DNA of 64,000 nucleotides from Acidimicrobiia bacterium (GTDB lineage: Bacteria; Actinomycetota; Acidimicrobiia; Spongiisociales; UBA5794): positions 339 to 64,338 of the forward strand of contig JAWKJB010000002.1 in NCBI GenBank assembly GCA_041393965.1. Direction: 5' to 3'. This document shows positions 57,767 through 64,000 of this stretch, one piece after another (within the stretch, counting starts at the first letter, position 1; each line of letters opens with the position of its first letter). The notes beneath the pieces are model-generated. The model was given only the letters and a program-made list of their open reading frames with translations. It was not told the DNA's origin and made no database searches. A program made the translations under genes and the position numbers.

Positions 57767-58914
57767 AAGCGTCTGGCACCGAGCAACGGTCGGTGCCGTT
57801 CGTGCTGATGCGCGGCGGCACCAGCAAAGCCGTCTTCCTCAGATCCGAGCATGTCCCCGAAGGTGCCGCCGCAGCCGACGCCATGATCTTGGCGCTGTTC
57901 GGCAGTCCGGACCCGCGTCAGATCGACGGACTCGGAGGCGCCGACCTCCTCACCTCCAAGCTTGCCATCATCGGGCCAACGACCCGACCCGACGCCGACA
58001 TCGACTACACCTTTGCGCAGGTGAGCATCACCGAGGCGGTCGTCGACTACGACATCAACTGCGGGAACATCTCTGCGGCGGTGGGGGCTTACGCCGTCGA
58101 CGAGGGCCTCGTGCCGGTGGTTGTGCCGGTGACGACGGTCGCGATCCACAATACGAACACCGGACGGGTGCTGCGCGCAGGTGTTCCGATCGTCGACGGA
58201 AGGGCCGCCGTCGAGGGCTCGTACCGTGTCCACGGGGTGCCGGGCACCGGAGCCCCCATCTCCCTCGACTTTGCGCAGACCGCGGGGGGAATCACCGGGT
58301 CGCTGCTGCCCACCGGCAATGTGTCGGATGTCCTCGACACCGAGATCGGCCCCGTTGAGGTCACGATCGTTGACCTTGCCAACCTGACGGTCTTCATGCG
58401 GGCCGAAGCGGTTGGCATGCGCGGGAACGAGACGCCGGGGGAGTTCACCGAGGGGAACCTCGAAGCGATTTCGGCCGTGAAAGCGAGCGCCGCTACCCTC
58501 CTTGGCATGCCAACCGACGGCCTCACCCCCGTGCCAGCGATCGTGTCGGAACCCGCGGCGTATGTGGCCTATGGCTCCGAGGACAAGGTCGAGGCCTCCG
58601 AGATCGACCTCGTCGCGCGGGTGGTCGGCGGCCGCCCGCCGGTCGTGCACAAGGCGTATCCGGGAACGGTCGCCGCCTGCACCGGTGTTGCCGCTTCCAT
58701 TGAAGGGACCACCGTGCATGCCGTCACGAGCCCCGATCGTGTGGATGCGACCAGGTTCGCGATCGGGCACCCTGCGGGCGTCATGCCGGTGACTGCGCGG
58801 GTGGCACGCAGCGCCGGGAATTGGGAAGCCGAGGAAGCCACCTATCTGCGGACCGCGCGCCGGATCGCGCAGGGTGAGGCCTTCATCCGCAACGATGGGG
58901 TGCTGCCGGGATGA
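57739..58914 (+). CDS. PrpF/AcnD-accessory-family isomerase (methylaconitate/methylitaconate isomerase-like)
   Basis: VPFVLMRGGTSKAVF signature; start uncertain (the ORF overlaps the thiolase stop by 28 nt; a later GTG is possible). Confidence 0.7.
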   Translation: MHRSDLDSLKASGTEQRSVPFVLMRGGTSKAVFLRSEHVPEGAAAADAMILALFGSPDPRQIDGLGGADLLTSKLAIIGPTTRPDADIDYTFAQVSITEAVVDYDINCGNISAAVGAYAVDEGLVPVVVPVTTVAIHNTNTGRVLRAGVPIVDGRAAVEGSYRVHGVPGTGAPISLDFAQTAGGITGSLLPTGNVSDVLDTEIGPVEVTIVDLANLTVFMRAEAVGMRGNETPGEFTEGNLEAISAVKASAATLLGMPTDGLTPVPAIVSEPAAYVAYGSEDKVEASEIDLVARVVGGRPPVVHKAYPGTVAACTGVAASIEGTTVHAVTSPDRVDATRFAIGHPAGVMPVTARVARSAGNWEAEEATYLRTARRIAQGEAFIRNDGVLPG

Positions 58915-59393
58915 CCGACGGGGTGCTCACGCTCGAGATCAACGGGGAGCAGCGCTCCGCGATCATCGACACCAACCGGACCCTGCTGGAGTTCCTCCGT
59001 GAGGATCTGTCCATGACCGGCACCAAGCACGGCTGCGACCTCGGAGAGTGCGGGACCTGCACCGTTCTCGTCGACGGCAAGCCGGTGCTGTCGTGCATCA
59101 CCCTTGCGTGGCAGGTTGCCGGAAGCACGATCACCACGATCGAGGGCCTCTCCGACGGGCGGTTCCCTGATGAGCTCCAGACCGCATTCGCAGAGCTGAA
59201 CGCCGCGCAATGCGGATACTGCACACCGGGCATGATCCTGTCGGCGCGCTCGCTCCTCGATCGGAACCCTGACCCTTCGACCGACGAGATCAACGAAGCC
59301 CTCGCGGGCAACCTGTGCCGGTGCACCGGCTATGTGAAGATCATCAGCGCCGTCCACCTTGCGGCGACCCGTAGCGCACCGGAGTCCGGCTGA
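58911..59393 (+). CDS. (2Fe-2S)-binding small subunit of a xanthine-dehydrogenase-family molybdoenzyme
   Basis: CDLGECGTCTV and CGYCTPG...CRCTGY motifs. Confidence 0.85.
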   Translation: MTDGVLTLEINGEQRSAIIDTNRTLLEFLREDLSMTGTKHGCDLGECGTCTVLVDGKPVLSCITLAWQVAGSTITTIEGLSDGRFPDELQTAFAELNAAQCGYCTPGMILSARSLLDRNPDPSTDEINEALAGNLCRCTGYVKIISAVHLAATRSAPESG

Positions 59394-61777
59394 TGGGAGC
59401 CGTCGGGATACCGGCAGCCCGTGTCGACGGGATGGAACAGACGACCGGGCGGACCGCCTATGTCGATGACATGAAGCTCCCCGGCATGCTGATCGGTCGC
59501 CAGCTCAGAAGCACCGCCGTGCACGCGAGGATCGTCAGCATCGACACCTCGAAGGCCGAAGCGCTCGAGGGTGTGAAGGCAGTCATCACGGGCGCCGACC
59601 TCCCGATCACCTACGGCATTCTTCCGGTGAGCCAGGATGAACCGGCCCTCGCCATCGACCGTGTGCGTCACGCAGGGGAAGCAGTCGCCGCGGTTGCCGC
59701 GGTCGATGCCAAGACCGCTGAACGGGCACTGGACCTCATCGAAGTCGTGTATGAGCCGCTCGACACGATCGCAACCTATGAGGACGCCTTCGACGACAAC
59801 CTCGACCTGCTCCACGGTGACGGGAAGGGCAGGAACACCCACCGAGCGGCGGCCCTCGAGTTCGGCGATGTCGATGAGGGTTTCGCCGCAGCGGACCACA
59901 TCAGGGAGGATGTGTTCTACTTCGAGGGCAACACCCACGCTGCCCTCGAGATGCACGCCGCCCTCGCGTCGTGGGAGCCGTCGGGGAAGGTAACGCTGTG
60001 GTCCTCGACCCAGGTTCCCCACTATGTCCACCGGACCCTCGCCAAGGTGCTCGAGATGCCCGCGGGGCAGATCAGGGTGATTGCTGCACCGGTCGGCGGC
60101 GGTTTCGGGGGCAAGACCGACCCGTTCTCACATGAGATCGTTGCGGCGAAGCTGTCGATGATGACCGGGCGCCCTGTCAAGATCACCTTGACCCGTGAGG
60201 AGGTGTTCTACTGTCACCGCGGTCGCCACCCAGTGCTCATGTGGGTGAGGACCGGCTTCGATTCCGAGGGCCGCATCACGGCGAGCCACTTCAAGACCTA
60301 CCTCGACGGTGGCGCCTACGGCAGCTACGGCATCGCCACCCTGTACTACACCGGCGCACTCCAGACCACCACCTATTCGATCCCCAACTATCGGTTCGAG
60401 GGTGTGAGGGTCTATACGAACAAGCCGGTGTGTGGCCCGAAGCGGGGCCACGGAACGCCGCAGCCCCGGTTCGCACTCGAGTGTCAGCTCGACAAGGCCG
60501 CGGAGGATCTCGGCATCGATCCCGTGTCGATCCGGCTCGTGAATGCCGTGCCGGAGCATTCGATGACGGTCAACCATCTTCGGATCACGAGCTGTGGGCT
60601 CACCGAATGCATCGAACGCGTCGCTGAGGCTTCCGGCTTTGCCGAAAAACACGGCAAGCTCCCGGAGGGACGCGGTATCGGGCTCGCGGTTGGGGCCTAC
60701 ATGTCGGGGGCAGGGCTCCCCATCTACTTCAACGACATGCCCCAATCAGAGGTCCAGATCAAGGTCGATCGTGGCGGGGGAGTCACCGTGTATTCGATGG
60801 CGACCGACATCGGCCAGGGTTCCACCTCGATGCTTGCGACGATCGTCGCAGAGACGCTCGGGCTCGATCCGACCGACATTGCGATGGTGACCGCCGACAC
60901 GGACCTCACCCCCGTCGATCTGGGGAGCTACTCGTCGAGGGTCACCTTCATGGGCGGCAACGCGGCCCTCGCAGCGGGGGTCAACCTCCGTGATCGAATC
61001 GTCACCGCGGTCGCAGACAAACTCGGGGTGGCCCCCGGGGATCTTGTCGCCCGCAACGGACGCATCGAGGTGGACGGGGATCCTGACACCGGCGTTCCGT
61101 GGCTGGAGGCGGTCACGATCACGATCGCCGCCACGGGATCCCTCGTCGTGTCCGGCAGCTACAAGGCGCCGGAACTCGCCGGATCCCACAAAGGTGCCGG
61201 TGTGGGCATCTCGCCCGCCTACAGCTATTCGGCCGCCGTCGTGGAGCTCGACTGTGACTCGACGACCGGGTTGGTGAAAGTTCACAAGGTCTGGCTCGCC
61301 CACGATATCGGGACCTCGATCAATCCGCTCCTCGTCGAGGGCCAGATCGAAGGTGGGGTTTATATGGGTCTCGGTGAGGCGTTGTATGAGGAACAGAGCT
61401 TCCGTGGAGCGCTGCTCCGGGGGCCGTCGCTGTTGGATTACAAGATGCCGACGAGCCTCGACATGCCGCCGGTCGAGTCGATCATCGTCGATACGGATGA
61501 CCCGGAGGGCCCGTTCGGTGCCAAGGAGGTGGGCCAGGGGCCGCTTCTTCCGGTGATCCCGGCCGTGGCGAACGCCATCTACGATGCGATCGGTATCCGC
61601 ATGGATGCCACCCCGTTCACCCCTGACCGGATCGTTTCCGCGCTCCGCGATCGGGCACGGGGGCGGGAGGGCAGGTACGGCCCTGACTCGGTTCCCGACT
61701 TCGAGTTCCCGCCGCTCGTCAAGGTGGAGCCACCCGAGGCGTTCGCACCGATGGCGACGAAGGTCGGTGCACCATGA
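59393..61777 (+). CDS. Molybdopterin-binding large subunit of a xanthine-dehydrogenase-family enzyme
   Basis: 794 aa with the Ald_Xan_dh_C/C2 domain layout; 1-nt overlap with the small-subunit gene. Confidence 0.85.
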   Translation: MGAVGIPAARVDGMEQTTGRTAYVDDMKLPGMLIGRQLRSTAVHARIVSIDTSKAEALEGVKAVITGADLPITYGILPVSQDEPALAIDRVRHAGEAVAAVAAVDAKTAERALDLIEVVYEPLDTIATYEDAFDDNLDLLHGDGKGRNTHRAAALEFGDVDEGFAAADHIREDVFYFEGNTHAALEMHAALASWEPSGKVTLWSSTQVPHYVHRTLAKVLEMPAGQIRVIAAPVGGGFGGKTDPFSHEIVAAKLSMMTGRPVKITLTREEVFYCHRGRHPVLMWVRTGFDSEGRITASHFKTYLDGGAYGSYGIATLYYTGALQTTTYSIPNYRFEGVRVYTNKPVCGPKRGHGTPQPRFALECQLDKAAEDLGIDPVSIRLVNAVPEHSMTVNHLRITSCGLTECIERVAEASGFAEKHGKLPEGRGIGLAVGAYMSGAGLPIYFNDMPQSEVQIKVDRGGGVTVYSMATDIGQGSTSMLATIVAETLGLDPTDIAMVTADTDLTPVDLGSYSSRVTFMGGNAALAAGVNLRDRIVTAVADKLGVAPGDLVARNGRIEVDGDPDTGVPWLEAVTITIAATGSLVVSGSYKAPELAGSHKGAGVGISPAYSYSAAVVELDCDSTTGLVKVHKVWLAHDIGTSINPLLVEGQIEGGVYMGLGEALYEEQSFRGALLRGPSLLDYKMPTSLDMPPVESIIVDTDDPEGPFGAKEVGQGPLLPVIPAVANAIYDAIGIRMDATPFTPDRIVSALRDRARGREGRYGPDSVPDFEFPPLVKVEPPEAFAPMATKVGAP

Positions 61778-62769
61778 CGATCCAGGTCCCGCCGGTCGGA
61801 TATGTCACACCCGCAACGCTCGACGAGGCGGTCGAGCTGCTCGCCGATCCGACCGTTTCCGTGATCGGTGGTGGGACCGATCTCGTCCCGAAGATGAAGC
61901 GGCGACAGGCCACACCGGTCACGCTCGTGTCGCTTGCCCACATCGACGACATGGCAGGGATCAGGGTCGACGACACCGGCAACTGCATCATCGGGGCATC
62001 GACGACCCTCGTTGAGATCGTCACCTCCCCAACGGTCCCCAGGGTCGTTGCCGTGGCCGCCGAATCGGTTGCTTCACCGCAGATCCGGAACACGGGCACG
62101 ATCGGCGGGAACCTGTGCATCGATACACGCTGCAACTACATCGACATGCCGCTCGACTGGCGGCGGACCCGCGGGCACTGCCTCAAGGACGGCGGTGACA
62201 CCTGTTGGGTTGCGCCGAAGAGCAACAAGTGCTGGGCGATCAGCTCGACGGATCTCGCCCCGGTGATGATCGCCCTCGACGCGACGGTGCGGCTCGTCAG
62301 CGGAAGGGGAGAACGCTCGATCCCCGTGGAGGCGCTCTACCACAACGACGGCATGGACTACCTCACGAAGGCGCCAGACGAGATCCTCATCGATGTGACC
62401 ATCCCACCGTTCGACGGACGCGCGAGCTACCAGAAGCTGCGCAGGCGGGGCTCGATCGATTTCGGTCTGCTCGGGGTGGCTGCTGCCGTGAGTTTTGATG
62501 CGGGAGGCGTCTGTACGACCGCACGGATCGCCGTCGGCGGTATCGCATCGGCGCCGTTGCGAGCGACCGACGCTGAGGAATACCTCGTGGGCAAGGTGCT
62601 GACCGACGAAACGATCGACGAAGCTTCGGAGCTCGTCTCGAAGGCATTCCGGAGCCAGGACAACACCGACACGGGGTCTCGCTACCGCAAGTGGATGATC
62701 CCGGTCCATGCAGCCAAGGCGCTCCACGAGGTCGCGGGCGGCGACGGTGAGGCGGAAGGGAACCGATGA
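61774..62769 (+). CDS. FAD-binding medium subunit carrying a cysteine-rich insertion (C-x4-C-x15-C-x7-C-x8-C), HcrB-like
   Basis: FAD_binding_5/CO_deh_flav_C; insertion GNLCIDTRCNYIDMPLDWRRTRGHCLKDGGDTCWVAPKSNKCW. Confidence 0.8.
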   Translation: MTIQVPPVGYVTPATLDEAVELLADPTVSVIGGGTDLVPKMKRRQATPVTLVSLAHIDDMAGIRVDDTGNCIIGASTTLVEIVTSPTVPRVVAVAAESVASPQIRNTGTIGGNLCIDTRCNYIDMPLDWRRTRGHCLKDGGDTCWVAPKSNKCWAISSTDLAPVMIALDATVRLVSGRGERSIPVEALYHNDGMDYLTKAPDEILIDVTIPPFDGRASYQKLRRRGSIDFGLLGVAAAVSFDAGGVCTTARIAVGGIASAPLRATDAEEYLVGKVLTDETIDEASELVSKAFRSQDNTDTGSRYRKWMIPVHAAKALHEVAGGDGEAEGNR

Positions 62770-63824
62770 CGGAGAGCAGATACGCCTGGCGGTTCGTTGC
62801 CGTCGGTGAACCCCTCGAGAAGGTCGAAGCTGCCGGTCGCGAGCCACAAGACCACGAAGTCGTGGTGCAGGTGGCGGGCTGCGGCATCTGTCACACCGAC
62901 CTCGGATTCCTCGACGGGAGCGTCTCGACGAAGGCAGGGCTGCCACTCGTCCTCGGACACGAGATCGCGGGTACCGTCGTCGAGGCCGGCGCCGGCGCTG
63001 AGGAGTGGCCTGGTCGTGATGTGCTCGTACCCGCAGTGATCCCGTGTGGGGACTGTGATCTGTGCAACAAGGGCAAGGGCAATGCCTGCACACGCCAGCT
63101 GATGCCTGGAAACGATCTTGATGGAGGCTGGGCAACCCATGTGACGATTCCCACGCGGGGGCTCTCGGTGATCGAAGACCTGCCCGAACGGTACGAACTC
63201 GCCGACTTGTCGGTGATCGCTGACGCGGTCACAACACCGCTCCAGGCTGTGCGTCGCGCCGGCGTCACCGACGGTGACCTCGCCGTGGTGATCGGCGTCG
63301 GCGGTGTCGGTTCGTACGCGGTGCAGATCGCTGCTGCGAGCGGGGCCAAGGTGGTCGCGATCGACATCGACGACGACCGGCTCGCCGTCCTTGAGGATCA
63401 TGGGGCGGCAGCGACCGTGAACTCGAGGGGGATGGATCCGAGGGAGGTGCGCGACGCCGTGCGGTTCCACGCCAAGCAGCTCGGCGCGCCGTCGATTGGC
63501 TGGAAGATCTTCGAATGCTCCGGCACCGCTCCGGGTCAGGAAACCGCGTACGGTCTCCTCGGTCCGCAGGCCACCCTCGCGGTGGTGGGGTTCACGATGG
63601 ACAAGATCTCGGTACGGCTCTCGAACCTGATGGCGTTCGATGCGACCGCATTCGGGACCTGGGGATGTCCGCCAGAGCGGTATCCCGAGGCGGTCGAACT
63701 CGTGATCTCCGGGAAGGTCGATCTCGCCCCGTTCATCCGCAAAGTCCCGATGGCCGAGATCGCTCGGGCCATCGACGATGCCCACAACCATGTCGATCCA
63801 CGACGAACCATTCTCATCCCATAG
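62766..63824 (+). CDS. Zinc-binding MDR alcohol dehydrogenase family protein
   Basis: GCGICHTD, GHEIAG, catalytic/structural Zn Cys cluster CGDCDLCNKGKGNAC, GVGGVGS Rossmann. Confidence 0.8.
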   Translation: MTESRYAWRFVAVGEPLEKVEAAGREPQDHEVVVQVAGCGICHTDLGFLDGSVSTKAGLPLVLGHEIAGTVVEAGAGAEEWPGRDVLVPAVIPCGDCDLCNKGKGNACTRQLMPGNDLDGGWATHVTIPTRGLSVIEDLPERYELADLSVIADAVTTPLQAVRRAGVTDGDLAVVIGVGGVGSYAVQIAAASGAKVVAIDIDDDRLAVLEDHGAAATVNSRGMDPREVRDAVRFHAKQLGAPSIGWKIFECSGTAPGQETAYGLLGPQATLAVVGFTMDKISVRLSNLMAFDATAFGTWGCPPERYPEAVELVISGKVDLAPFIRKVPMAEIARAIDDAHNHVDPRRTILIP

Positions 63825-63839
63825 GAAAGGTGGCACCAG

Positions 63840-64000
63840 GTGACACTCATCAACCATGAATTGGCTCCCGACCATGTGTACTCCGAGATCCTCTACGAGG
63901 AGCGTCCGATCCACGACCAGGACGGGAACGAGGTCGACGGCTTGCACGCTGTGTGGATCACGCTGAACAACCCGAAGCAACTGAACTCATATACGACCGC
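63840..64000 (+). CDS. Enoyl-CoA hydratase/isomerase family protein (5' part; continues past the window end)
   Basis: GTG start; ITLNNPKQLNS crotonase-fold N-terminus. Confidence 0.6.
   Translation, partial: MTLINHELAPDHVYSEILYEERPIHDQDGNEVDGLHAVWITLNNPKQLNSYTT

Overview
High-GC (~68%) bacterial chromosomal window, probably actinobacterial (GT39 mannosyltransferase, F420/DUF385 nitroreductase, many TetR regulators, GTG/TTG starts, 4-nt overlapping operons). About 75 protein genes are supported, no rRNA and no complete tRNA. Main contents:

- **Start of window.** An interrupted helicase C-terminal fragment fused to a DUF559 endonuclease-like domain; an HTH-fused pseudouridine kinase with pseudouridine-5'-phosphate glycosidase (psuK-psuG); an XRE-HTH + nucleotidyltransferase pair next to a tRNA T-arm-like hairpin.
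- **Riboswitches.** A clear TPP riboswitch (9284-9394) that is followed by a translationally coupled AbiEii-like nucleotidyltransferase + C-terminal-HTH pair rather than a thiamine gene, with an AT-rich palindromic site at the start codon. A clear fluoride riboswitch (17491-17545) precedes crcB-crcB-DUF190.
- **Housekeeping and accessory genes.** TetR with a duplicated 13-bp palindromic operator; an ABC ATPase carrying a single in-frame TAG; gdhA, ppa, ferritin, and a CopB-like P1B ATPase.
- **Cell-surface island (28.5-42.1 kb).** Three Thr-rich anchored/secreted proteins, two of which share a paralogous C-terminal domain, plus a GH5-CBM32 lipoprotein.
- **Catabolic supercluster (43.9-64.0 kb).** A minus-strand operon (LeuA-like, IorA/IorB-ferredoxin, a second three-subunit 2-oxoacid:ferredoxin oxidoreductase, an embedded TetR, CoA-transferase, enoyl-CoA hydratase, SDR, LeuCD-like) divergent from a plus-strand operon (DUF35, SCP-x-type thiolase, PrpF-like isomerase, a xanthine-dehydrogenase-family enzyme in HcrCAB gene order, Zn-ADH, enoyl-CoA hydratase). 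The FAD subunit of the xanthine-dehydrogenase-family enzyme carries a C-x15-C-x7-C-x8-C insertion typical of 4-hydroxybenzoyl-CoA reductase.
- **Repeats.** Two copies of a ~125-bp MITE-like element with 29-bp terminal inverted repeats.
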